Positions 1 to 12,600 of a DNA stretch of 64,000 bases are shown here, in pieces. Position 1 is the stretch's first letter, and the number at the start of each line of letters is the position of its first letter. Under the pieces are notes generated by a model. That model had not been told where the DNA came from. It did no database searches and saw only the letters and a list, made by a program, of their open reading frames with translations. A program made the position numbers and the translations under genes. Origin of the DNA: Raillietiella orientalis (taxonomy: Eukaryota); contig JAYWIR010000001.1 in assembly GCA_036172245.1 (NCBI GenBank), forward strand, positions 8,432,001 to 8,496,000, written 5' to 3'.

Positions 1-1803
1 GTTTGGCGAAATTTGGATCCTGTGTACCATTTCTGGGCAACTGTCTTCCAATTGATTGGCTTACTCCTACTGCCCTGCAACACAACGTGAATGAATGTTT
101 CGAATCCAAGTAAATCATATTTTGTGAATAGTTGTTTGTATTACCTTTTATATTGCTAATTTTTATACATAAAGTAGTTTGACAATAAAAGAGATACCCA
201 CTTAGAACAGTCTTTCCAGAATGGAAGTCGTAACGGAAAGTGCTCGTTTTCACTTGTTCTGTTGATTTGGAGTGCCCACTTTCAGCCCTTCACCATAGTT
301 TCTGTCGTTTTTGTGCGTTGCCCGTCTCCATGGCAGGTTTCACCCTCCGCCTGCTTCATCTCGTGCGATCCGTAGAGAGCGACATGGGTCCACTCACTTG
401 TCTTGCGTGATTCGGAGAGCACTCGTTTGCCTCCCGAAGTCCAGGCAGCAAGGAACCAACCCACAGTAGTAGGTTTCCTGTTTTTGCGATCTTCACCTGT
501 TGCTGGAGGTGCTGTTGGTGGAGGCACGTCGGAACGTTCGGTTGCACGTCAATTCGTTGCAGCGTCTGCACGGTGTGCTGTTTGCAGCAGTGCCCTTGGA
601 GGGCGTTCGGCAGATTCCCTCAAAAACCGAAAAACTGCAGAAAATGCCACTGTGTTCAAGTGTTTCGATCGTCGAAAGACAGGTTTTGGTGTTATTCCCA
701 CCAGGATTCTCGGGAACTGTGGATGCGTATACCGATACGGCGAAGAGAAAATGCATCTGTTCGCATAATGCAGAAAATAAATAAATAAATGAAAAAAAAA
801 AAAAAAAACGTTCTGCTCACGGGCGTTCCGACCCCGTTCTTCCCCGTTTTCCTCCGATTCCTGTAGTTAGGAATCGCTTCTTTTGAGCATACTGTCCGGG
901 AGAAGTTTTCGCCTTCGCAGACCTTCCGTTTACTTATGCTCGAAAATCGTTGGTGCATCCAGCATGAGTTCCCGGCGTTAAAGATTTCGGGGATATTCGA
1001 TTATTAAAATTCTATTTGCATTTCCCTAATCAAGTCGAGGCGAACTGTTGTTACTTCGACTGTGGTTATTTGAGAGTTCCCCAGGAAGGAAAACGCAAGG
1101 GAAGTGGGTTGAGTTGGCGGAGGGCTAAGGGCTAAGGCCGTGCTTCCAGAATGGCGTGTCCCAGCAGCGTACGAGTTTTCCGGGAAGGTTTGCGAGAATT
1201 CCGCGAATGGTGGTTGACGACAGACGCCACTCCGCGAGTCACTTCCTTGACGAACTCAGCTGCGGTTTCCAACGAGGTTAAACTCATTTGCAGACTGTGC
1301 TTCTCCGCCCTTACCCACCTCCCACCACGCCATGGTTTCCTCCTCTCTCTCGCCCTCGCCCTCCATCTTGTTCTTTTTCTTTTCCGTTTGCTGTGATCCA
1401 GCAGGCTGCGGGACGAAGGATTCGCGGCTACAGGTTCCCCGCTCCACAGCACTCTTCGTGGCTGCACGAAGGGCATTTTTGGCCAAACCGGGAGGAGAGT
1501 ACGCGATCGTCGGTCCTCCGTGCTGCTTCGGTACAGTCGTAAGCAGCTCATCTGAAAAGCTCATTCCTGAGATACTACCGCTTGTCGTGTTTTCGCAATT
1601 TCTGATTTGCACATGGCGTTCTTCGTTTGCACGATTTCCGGCGCTTCACGATGGGTACTGGCTGGCAACATCTCGTCTTTACCCCGATCCTTTTGACTTC
1701 TCATTCTGCCCGATGCGTTGCGGTCGTTTCCCAAGCATCATTTCTCACGTTGCTCTTCCCTTCGTTCCGTTTGCTTTGAACACGCCTCCATTGGGAACAG
1801 ATT

Positions 1804-2305
1804 GTGGCTTCATTTTCTCGACCGCCTGGAATCCCTTGTAAATCCCCAGTGATTCTTCCAAGTCGCATCCTTGTGATCGACTCGGGCTTACTGACGCGCG
1901 TTCTCTCTCCATGTCCATTGTCCCGACAAGCGACTTCATTTCCGGTATCGCTTCCGGCTGGCTTCCTCTAGCTCGGTTGCTCTGTGTCCTATGAATCGCC
2001 TGCTGACGACTCCGCCTGCCATCTCCCTGGTTTACCGTTTTGTTTCTTTTGATTCCTCGCTACGCGTGTCCTACGAACGTGAACGTCGTTCCTGACTTTG
2101 GTCGGACCTGTCTTCAGAGGGCCGCTGTCGAAATCAAGGATCCGGGTGTAGCTTTCAAGTGTGCCAAGCCAGCCGGAAAAGCCAAGGGACGCGGGAATCG
2201 CTCGCACCTAATCCTGAAGACGCCTTTCTCCCAGAGGCCCTGGAAGCAGGGAAGGTGGCTTCACTTTCTCAACCGCCTGCAATCCCTTGTAAATCCCCAG
2301 TGATT
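1804..2305. repeat. Pair of ~51-bp direct repeats (1804-1854 and 2255-2305)
   Basis: gtggcttcaYtttctcRaccgcctgSaatcccttgtaaatccccagtgatt occurs twice, with three mismatches. Confidence 0.85.
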
Positions 2306-3626
2306 ATTCTTCCTGGTCGAGGAGATGCTAACTCGAGGAGGTGCACCCGCGCGGGCTGCCCCGTACGTTCACGAGCCCGGTAGGGCCGACGGGAGAATCT
2401 CACTCGGTGGTCCCGTCTTACCCTTCAGCTTGTTGCGTGGCACCGAGTGCCGAACTTCTGGGCAACCCCCTTGGCAGTCTGAAACCGCGAAGCCGCCTTT
2501 GTTCGTTTCTGATCTCCTGATTAGACGGGATGAACCCTTAATGAGGATTAACCTGTGTTAAACGAGATCCCCGTAAAAGCTCCTAATTGGGAACTTAGGA
2601 GTTTCCCGGAGCCGAGGTCCGGATGCTTTGCATCCTTTCCCTTCCGTTCCTGGCTTCCCAGCCCGTAGGCTGGGAAGCCAGGTCTCTCCTGTGACGGAGG
2701 CACGTGCACAGCATTTGCGTTCGGCCCAGCGGCGAGTCGTTTCGTGGGTCTTCCAGAGTGCTGGATGCTATCCTTCCCGGGGCAGTTTCGGTGGGCAAGC
2801 GGCGGCACCAGGATACCGCCCCCCCGTTTTCCACGCTGCCTCACGACCGTATAAAATGTATCCAATCGCAGGCTGAGGGGGAAAGTAACGCAGGCTGAGG
2901 GGGGGCACTGCAGTTTTTGGTGTGTTTGTGGGCATCGTGAGGCTCCTCGCAGCCCCTCAAGGTGGGGGGGAGCTGGACGGGCTCCACAAGGGGAAGATTT
3001 GCGACTAATTCCCTCTTCCCTCTCTCCTTTTCCAAGAAGGATTCCGTCGCGGGGGCGCGGGGCCATATCGCTGCGTCGCCACCTCATCCTCACAATGGAC
3101 TGCTGCCCGAAGAGGCGGGGTCACCTCGCGCCTCCGGGAACGGGCCTCGTCTGCTCGATGCTCGAACGCGCACGCACATGGCGCCGAGGAGGACGTCGAG
3201 CGGGCTTCCGTCGCTCACGCCGGTCGTTACCCTGTGCTCCGTGAGCAGCAGGAGGAAGGTAACGTGTTGCCGACCACAAGGCGCACGCCCCACTCCTCGG
3301 GAGTAAAAAGGTTTCTTTCTAAACGGGACGCGTTTAGTACCTGTTTGAATCCCTGTAATGGTCCCGCTGCTTGGAACCTGGCACGCGGGAAGAGTAAGAC
3401 ACAAGAGAGTGGGAAGCCGAAGGGAGCATCCTTCGTCTGCATAGGTGGACCGCAGGTTTCATGTCCGAATCGGGAGTGCTGCTGCTGGACCATTCCGCTG
3501 CGGTGATCGTGCTCGGTTGACAGCCAAAAGCGGAAGGAACTTTTTTCCCGCAGATCACTTTTTTTTTTCTTCTTTTTCCTTTTTTTTAAAAAAAAAAAAA
3601 AATACCCCCGCGGCCCAAAATCCCCC

Positions 3627-3693
3627 ATGAGACGCGTCAAACTGCTTCCGGCGTACGTGCTGGCGCACACGGTGCTGCTGCTGCTGCAGAGCG
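3627..3693 (+). CDS. Beat-like first coding exon (signal peptide MRRVKLLPAYVLAHTVLLLLQS)
   Basis: ATG at 3627 encodes a basic N-terminus and hydrophobic core, followed by a strong donor G|GTGAGT at 3694. Phase 1 matches the next exon. A possible acceptor (ttttttcccgcag) ending at 3553 suggests an upstream UTR exon. Confidence 0.75.
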
Positions 3694-6600
3694 GTGAGTC
3701 TTTTCGAAGTTGTCTCTTGTGTTCGAGCTTCTTGTGGCCGCGGTAGTATTCTGCTCGGAAGGGGAACGGGGGAGGGGACTTCCCTGCATGCCGGTGGACG
3801 CACGTGACGTGGTGCAACTCCAGGAGAATCGACGCGGTCCGTGATGGCTACGATGGACTTGCCCGAGCTGATGACAGTGACCTCTTTTGGAGGGAAGGGG
3901 GGGGTGCGCGCGCGTGTTCCCGCGTGGCGGTGGCACACGTGGGAGCGATGTGCACTTCCTGCGCCGACTGCGGCTGCTTCCGCGTTTTGCGGGATTCCGG
4001 GTTTCCATGCCGACTCGAATCCTGTTAACACCGGATATTTCGGTGGGGGAAGAAAGGGGAGTTCCCCTCATTTCACGGAGTTTCGAAGCGGTTCCTCCTT
4101 TCTGTCGATCGGATGTTCCGTGCTGGGAAAAAGGGAGCGTGCCTGCAAGGGGACTCCAGCACCCCCACCAGCAGCGGACCTGTTGTTTCGAGCGACCTAA
4201 GTCACCCTGAAGAACAGCGTTCCAGAACGAACCGGAGTTCTCCCGACAGCATCGCGGTTCCAGGCATCGGAGACTCCCTCCTTTGTCTCAGGCTCCCAGG
4301 GCACAGCGCGAGCACTTCGGGCTGACCTTCTTCGCGAAATTGCTGAAAACTTCCTGACGCTCCGCGGAACCTAGCGGGCCCCATGTGTGGCTCTTCAGAT
4401 TAGGGAGCGCCGCCCTATGAAGGATCCAGAGAAAGGAGTGTGCGTTACCCTTAACGCTTGGTAGGGAACCCCCGCCTTGGTTGTCTCCGAAGGGAACCCC
4501 GAAGGGACCACCTCTTCCCGATTCGCTCCGGAGGAACTCCCGTGGGGAGGCACTCCCCATTTCTTGGCCTTAGGGAACCTGGAAAGGAGCCGCTCCTGGA
4601 ATTTCATCCCCGAAGGGAAGCCGCAGGGTGACCGCTCCTCGTTTCCTCCTTCTCCGAGAAGAACCCAGAAGGGACGCTTCCCAATTTCTCTGAAGAGTCG
4701 CTCCCGAAGGGAGTAGCGCGCTTCAGACACTCTGGAAAGGCGACCCCCCGAAGGAGATATCAACCGGCTCCATGGTACGGTTCCATTTCCCCAAACGGAG
4801 GGGGGAGTCCGAAGGGAACCGGCCCCCTCGATCCCTGGAAGGATCCCGGAGGATCCACTTCCGATTCTGGCCAGTCAACGGGGACATCCTGCATCCACCG
4901 CAGTGCCGCCGCACCCGAAGCCCGTAGGTCAACCAGGGTCACCTTGCAGGGGGGAACTCCAAACGCACGACGCGCCCCCCATTTCTCTGGCTCGATCCTT
5001 CCCCGGGCGGGATTCGAACCTGCGGCGCTTGACGCCACGTGCGGAGGCCGCAGCCCCACGGCCGCGGCCGCGGGTCTCCTGAATGTTCGTCCGGTGTTTT
5101 TGGGGTGTCATCCGCTATGCGCGATGCGTGCTTCCGCCAGTCGCGAACGGCAGGCGAGGGGGGGAGTTTGCGCGTTCGTCGCGTGGGTCATCCACGGAGA
5201 CTCAATTCGGTCGCTTCTAGTTTTCAAGGGCAGCCGTCCACGCTGCTGCCAACCATGCATCGCGGCCGACTCGACTGGCGTCAGTGCGCCACCGCGTTTC
5301 GGTTACCGCCAGGGACCCGGCAGCGGATAGGCGATTCGCGCCGGCCTGGGTGGTCGTCCGTAGCGAGGAAATTTCGGTACCGCGGCGGTCGTCTTCTGGG
5401 AAATCCGGGAGAATCACCGCGCGGGGAGGGAAAGTCCCGGCCCCTCGGCTGCGCGCGTGCCTCTTAAGCGGAGCGCGCGTAGAGGGAGCATGCGAATCAC
5501 GCTAAGGGTCCTGACGCGAAACGTTTTGTCGGGATTTGGGAAAGCAGGATAGGCGGGAACGGACGTTAAAGATCCTTGACATGCGAGGCAGGCGCCGCTG
5601 TTTCCCTTCGTGCTCGTTGGACGCTCGGCGAAGAATCCTCGCATCTCTCCCAGTCCTTGCCCCCCACTGGGGAAGAGGAAAACGGCCGTTTGAAAAGAAG
5701 GAGAGGAGATGAAAAATCAAATTATGGAAAATATGGGGATGAGTTGCTCGCCCTGGGATGCACCTATAAGTGCGAGGAATATATGAGGGACATTTTTTCC
5801 CTCTTTTCCGGGCAGCCTGCTCTGCGAGACCTCTCGCGGCCTCTGGAGGCGGAATTCCTGATCTCCGGCAGTGGATGCCTTGAGAACCGGGAACGGGATC
5901 AGAGGTGACGGAATGGCAGTCGATGGTGCATCCAGGAAAAAGAGAAAGGAAAGCACACCGGGACTTCCCGAATCCTTCGTCCCGAATCCAGGCCCACCCT
6001 CCGAGACAGGAGCTCCGGGAGTGCATTCCAAGGGGGATCCTCGACTGCGCGCTTCTACGACGGGAGTGTACGGGCACGTTTTCGGGAACGCATTTCGCTC
6101 CTAGGTAACTGCGCCCAGGAGGAAAGGAAAACGAGAGGATGCGTATCTCTCGTATCTCTTTGACACCCCGTGCGAGACTCGTGAAGGGCGAACTCTATGG
6201 GAAGCTCGCGAGCAGCACGTTCCGGGAATCCTGCACGGTGAGGAGGAGGGGGGCGATCGAGGGACAACGGGAGCCACGCGGCAACGGCGGCGGCAGGTGT
6301 GAAAAGCGCTCGAACGTTCTTCAGAAGGCGGTTTCTACCCGCTTGCGACCTGTTGGCGTCTCCAGGCACTCGACAGGCACGCGCACGCGCGCGCGTAGTC
6401 TCAGGAGCGCCGGTGAAAAGTCTTCGCACTTCGGAGGCAGCCAGACAAGTCGGGGCCGTGTTTCCACGCTCCCCTCAGCGAGGCTTCCTCTTCCTCCCCC
6501 TCCTCCGTGTTGATACGATGGCTCGGTTTTCCTAACCCGGATCCTCCCTCGCAACGTCCAGCAGGTGTGAAAGCCCTGCCCCGCTTTGCCCTTTCCTTTT

Positions 6601-9600
6601 CGAGTGTCTTCCTCATCCATTGATTGGATTTCTGCTTGCTGCTATCCAGAGGCACTGACGGAGCCGCAGGGAATGAGCGAGGAAGCAGTTCTTGCAGCTT
6701 GAAAAGGAGGAAGAAAGGGGGAGGAGAGAGGCTCGGAAAACAGTTTCGTGCCCCCTCCTTCTGAGAAGTTGCCGAGGACTCGCACATTCCTTCTGCACGT
6801 CTGTTCCGTAGATTCAGCCAACAGAAGATCTCGGCCGCTGCATCGTGCTTGAAAATGGAATTGGAATCGTGGAATCTTTGGGACTGACGAGCGAAGAGCC
6901 CGACCACCAAAGAGACGATGCTGCAATGGAATGCCACCGATGGAATGTCCATTCTATCTGAGTGGGTGCGCGTAATGTCGAAAGTTCCCCTTGAGATCTC
7001 CGCAGATTCCTCGCGTACGAAATCCACCAGAGAGCTTTCAGCGTGTTTGCGATGCACAGTTGTTCTCGGATTCATCACCAAGGATGCACCACCTGCACGT
7101 GTGCGCATATATTATGAAGCAAGTGTGTTGAGGCGTTCTCGAAGGGAGGCAGCAGGCTTGAAGGGGTGACCAAGGGCTGAGAAGGGGGCGATTCCGGAAA
7201 GAATCCCAAATTCTCACGAACTAAAGCGACGGAAATCGAAGGATGGTGTTGCAGCAACACTGCTGGCCTCCTGCTTTAGCGATTCACTAGACGGCCGATT
7301 ACTATGAGAAAGGTTCTTGACTCTTAGACAAGTCTGAGACTTCTGAACCGCAAAGATTCAGTCAGCTGACTTGCCCTGACCTTCCTCAGCTTCGTTCTCA
7401 GAGGAGTAAGAAGCATGCTCACTAACTCGTCAGTTTTCTCTTTCCCCTTCCTGTGGCTCAGTGGTTCACAGGTGCTGGAGTTCATTTCAAGAGAATGATC
7501 CTTTGGCCCATGGGAGGCAATGGGATAGTAACAGAGAGGGGAAAATTCGGGGTGGATCAAATGGGAGTGAGGCACTCGGCAGAAGACACGGAAAACTCTC
7601 AAAGAGACAGCAAAGGAGAGAAGACACGACGAAACAATTCCCGTTTGCTGGCAACACGGACAGCTGATCGATCAGGACGAGATGAATTCGCGCTCGAGAG
7701 AGCTCCGCTGCTTGGAGCTCCACGGCGGCGTGCTGTTTGAAATGTCCATCATTCCATTTCTCGATTCGTGTTCTGTGCAGACTTGATGGAGACCCAAAGG
7801 CCATTCTTCCAGGACGACGGCATCGAGCTGGACCTGGATCGGTGCCTGCGGCCATACTGATCCAAGTCTGACTTCGATGTTCCGTTCGCAAGGATCTTCT
7901 CTGTGCTTCTGTTACGTGGTCCCTGTGGCACGATTAGGGCATTGTGCCGAGAGGGTGAGACGTGTCTTTTCCAGTTGCTTTTCTCGTGACGCCAGCTGTT
8001 CGAAGGAACACGAAACGTATCGTCCTGTGCATGGGGGGTTGCGATACACTTCCAGAGTAAAGGACGCGGCGTTGGTTTCCGTGGTTCCCAAGAGTTGCAA
8101 GGGGCCGGTCAGATGACGGCGTATCATGCGTTCGCGTTTCCTGCCACACCTCCCAATCCTAGTTTCTAAAATCCTCGATTCGTTTGCGGGAGAAGTCCCA
8201 CAAGGAAGGGGGGAAGAGAACCGTTACCGTTTAAAATGCCAAATTTCGTGCGAAATTTATAGGGTCGAGGGTGAGGGAAGATACCTTCTTATCCAGATTC
8301 AAGCGCTTTCCCGGCGCTTGCTGCTTCATCCCTACACGAAATCGACATCCCGGATGCGCTTTCGCAATCTTTCGATAATCTCCGCCACAAGCGCCTGGCG
8401 TACTGTGAACCGGGAAGACTTTCTGCAGTCAGGTTTCGCTATGCCCTACAGCCCTGCGCGCATTTTTTCCAAGACCTCTCTTCTTCCCCGCGAGCGGCGT
8501 AGCCCGGAGTCTCACGAGTCGTCCTGGCCTTCGAGGAATCTGATCTTGTCTCAGTTGAGATGGATGCTTGGCGCTATTCCATCAGGGGAAGATAAATCCT
8601 GCATCGAACTCCGTGGTCTGCACTGTCTCTCATTGACGAATCGTCGCGGATGGGCTGGCTGTGGCCCCTGACCACCATCCTGGTATCATACTGCAGATAT
8701 GCAGCCGGATCCCTCAAGTTTCTTCGTTGGTCCTGCCAGGCTGAAGGATTGGACAGCAATGCAGGGCGCTCGCTCCCAGGCGCCACCGCATGCGTCTCCT
8801 GCACACCGGGCGCACCGGCATCAGTTGTGCCAGAAGTCAAACGACCGCGCTGCAGCTCGCGTCGTTCATCTGCGCAGCTGTCGACACGCTTTATTACCCC
8901 ATTGATGCTGAGGATGCACGTGCACCTGCTGGAGCATTCCCTAAAGCTGGGACATGCCTCCTCTCCCTTACCACAAAAAAAAAGGAACTGTCCCCCTATC
9001 GTGCGAGACTGGGCAGCTGGTTTGCAGGTGAAAGGTTCTCGCCACGAATCTGTGAACCTCGCGCGCCCGGGAAGCCACTTCAGCACTCAGGTCACGTCTG
9101 TCAACGGTGTCAGAAGGCGCGTTCCTTAAAGAAGTGCAGTGTTGTGTGGGAATCAGATTCTGCAGAGATCTCGACAGCGCTCAGGAACTTCCTGGACTAT
9201 CGGTCAGTCGGTCGCGTTCCGCAGCGATCGAATTGCGTTCCGCAGTTCTTCTATCTCTCCTAGTGTGTTCCCTCACAGCCCACTGCTCCGTTCAAAGACT
9301 ACTTGGCTTCTCAAACGATGCTCCAGACACAGCAGAAGTCAGGGAAACCCGTTGACCGCCGCCCCTTTCATGAAGACGTCACCCATCCTTCTCGAAACCT
9401 CCCTTGAGCTGCTGGGAAAGATTTCTTGAAGTCCGGGATCGATAAGCCATCCGCGCCTGTTGCTACCAGCAGTCGCTCTTTGCCCTCCGCCTCGCAGACC
9501 ATCAACCATAACGTGAAGACGTGCACGGCAACGTTTCTTCCTGCCGCGCAAGGCGTTGACGGTCGTCAGCGCCTCGCATGTTCCGCTTCGTGCGGGTGGT

Positions 9601-12600
9601 CGCTTTTCAAGTGTACCGGAAGAATCCCACCTTCCGCTTGCCCTGTTAGGAATCCGGAAACCCCCAGGGGGTGATTCCAGACTCGCCGCAGCCGATGTCC
9701 CTTGACCGGAATGCGAGCTGCAAGCGATGCCGACTTCAAGAGCTCAGCAACTGTCGAGGGCTCTTTCGGTGAAGGAAAGCATCGCCGTGGGGTCGTTGAG
9801 AAGAATGAAATGGCGAGGCCACCCTTCAAGAAGACGACCTGCTCGTCTGCATTCTCTCCAGTTCATATCGGTGTGCGCAGGCACTTGAAGCGACCGGATC
9901 CAGGCAGCTTCCCGATGCTCGCTATTTCTACGGGAATCAGCAGGACTGCTCCGCGTGATCGGATGCAGAATTCTAGAATTTTTTGCATCGAGTTCACAAA
10001 AGCAACGGGGAAGATCCCATCTCCTGGATGCACGGGAGCTGCCCTTCCCCTCATCTTTCCTCCTCACTGATCATTTAGCTCGGATCTGTGTCCGTCGTCA
10101 GCGACAATCATGGCGACGGCGGTCCGCAGTCCTCGAAGAACCTCGTGCCGCCCTCTCGAAAGCGCGGCGGCGGCGTTCAAGAGGGCGGACGGGCGGGCGA
10201 AAAGGAGTGGACCCCCGCGCGCTCCCCCTTTCGCTCTCGGGAATCCCAGCCCTCGGTTCACACAGTCCTCACTGGCCCTCTGGGAGCCGCGCCGAAAAGC
10301 CGGCTGACGGCGGTTCGAAAGAGCTGGAAGTTTTGGGGACTCTCGCCCGCCAGCTCGGCAGGCTGGTGTTCGGCGTCTGTCGAGGCCGGGCTGCCCGCTG
10401 GCCGCGCCTGCCAGACGGTCTTCAGCGACCGAGAGCAGGTGCACGCGGTCAATTCTCCCGGGGCAGATCCCTGGAAACTGAAGGCGGCATGCTGGGCTTC
10501 CCCGAGGAGGCAACTCCCGCGGTGCCGAGCGGAGGTCAGCTTCCTGGTGACCGTTGCTGTCGTCCAGTCGAAGACCGGGTGGTTCGGGTAGTCATCTGGA
10601 AATATCGGCTGTCGTTTTGCCTTCCAGACCCAGCAAGCTGAGCACACCTTTCCTACCAGATTGGCACCTCGTGATCGATGCCGTTCTGGTGGGTAGTTGA
10701 AGAACTTCCGTGTACCTAGCGAACGCTGGTAATCCTTCTACGTCTCATCGACTTCCGACACCTCGGATGCTCACAGCGGTGCAGAGACGCATCTCTGAAA
10801 GAAGCCCCCCAAAAACAGACTATTCTCCTCCCCAGTCTTCATATATTGAGAGCAGGGCGTGGCGACAAGACCTGCTGGAGATTCTTGGGCGTGAAAGGTC
10901 GGTTCTGAGCCTACGAATCGAACGGTGCAGAACTTCCCCTCGTGAATATCATTTGAGTAGGAACAGCAAAGTCGTTCCACAAGTCCTGGAAGATCTGTGG
11001 GTCATTCCCGTAAGGAACACGCAGGTCTCCGGTGAAGAACACGCTTTATACGCTGCATACGCTGCAACTGCAGCATCCGGAGCACGAAACGAGGCAGCTG
11101 GTGCCCAGACTTTGATCTTAGCCAACCGACTGAGAAGCGATGTTGGTCTCTCTTAGCCAAAGGAGAGGCGCGCCCATGGGCCAACCGTGGTAATGGATGG
11201 GGAGACGGCATGAGAGACGAAGTCGCGCCAAAGTGATGGCGTAAGGCGCCTCTCTGCCCTCTGAAAATGTTGTTGGAGGACTCAGGAAGGGTTCACTTCA
11301 TCCAAGGAGTGTCCTGGAAGCCGTACAGTACAGTCACAAGAAGGGATGCCATCAAGTCAGTGGGGACGGGCAGGAAAAGTGCCGGCTCGCCTTTCGGGCA
11401 CTTCCCTTTGCCTAGAGAACCCCGAGCCTTACAGGCAGGTTGCTTTCTGGTAGATCCAGAGTAAATCCAAGAAAAACCTGGTGAACTGACCCTCTGGCGA
11501 CAGATTCCCCGCCTGCGTGTCTGACGGAAGCGCTTCGAGAACACGTTCCGGAATGCCCTTCATCTCGGTAGACCGTCGCGGCAGCATCTTCCGATGCCGG
11601 CTGGATAGAAACCGGCGAGTGCTGTATCGCCACAGGCATGTCTCATAGCTCAGGGTGGCTGGATCGATTTCGGTGGTGGGACGGGCGCGCACAAAACGCA
11701 ATGGCGGTGAGCGTCTTCTGTGTGTTCTCGCTCCCCTTTTTTTCTGGCACGTCGTATGGAAATTGCGGGCAAGTTCCATGAGCGCCGGATCCAGGGATTT
11801 CAAGGTGGCCAGTGTGTACCTCACCGTCCCCTGCTGTGTCATGAGACGCCCCTCCCGTTCGCGTCGGCAACCGCTTCTGCGGAGACGCAGATGCGACCTT
11901 GGACGAATCGTTCCATGCGCGTCCAGAATTCTCAATCGCACACGCGACGAGGGCATCCGCCGTGGGCGCCTGGTGAGCAGATGACAGGTGCATGGTGAGC
12001 CCAGCCTTGTCCGATCCCGACGAGGCCGGACTCCCGTCAACCGGAGAAGACCTGCCGCCACTCGCGCGACCTCCATCCCTCGCGAAGATTCTCGGTCGTT
12101 CCTCACAAGCGATCTCTTGCAGGAAGGCTGTTTTCGTCACCGCCATGGGACTCCTGCATAAATGACTCCGCTTTCCGCCATAGCACCGACGTTCTTAAAG
12201 TGTGGTTCCTGTTCCAGGCTCCCTGGCTCTGCGCCTTCTCTACCACCACATCCCCCAGCAGATCATCAGCGGCAGATCAACCAAATTCATATGCGACTAC
12301 GATCTCGAGGCAGACACCCTCTACTCGGTGAAGTGGTACAAGGAAGATCAGGAGTTCTACCGATACGTCCCCAAAGAGATGCCCACGCCCCAGATTTTCA
12401 GGATGACCGGTATAGACATCGATGTACGTATAACGATGGAATCCGAAGCGAGAGGAGCGAGGGAATCGAAGGAACTGGGAAGAGGGGAGGGAGTCCACCC
12501 CCCCCATCCTTTCCTCGTTCGAAACCGGGAATTGATCCTGAGGAGTGCGGAAGCGGGGTGTTGGCAGGAAGCGCCGGTTTCCAGGACGGAACGAGAAGCG

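Noticed and set aside
200-720. Possible RTE-like LINE 3' remnant (also ~20600-23300, ~48300-48520, ~59150-59460)
   Set aside because: Only faint resemblance to LINE C-terminal motifs; not supportable by eye.
4995-5075. GGTTCGAATCCC motifs as true tRNA genes
   Set aside because: They are always attached to the same repeat body, differ between copies, and give no convincing cloverleaf or anticodon arm.
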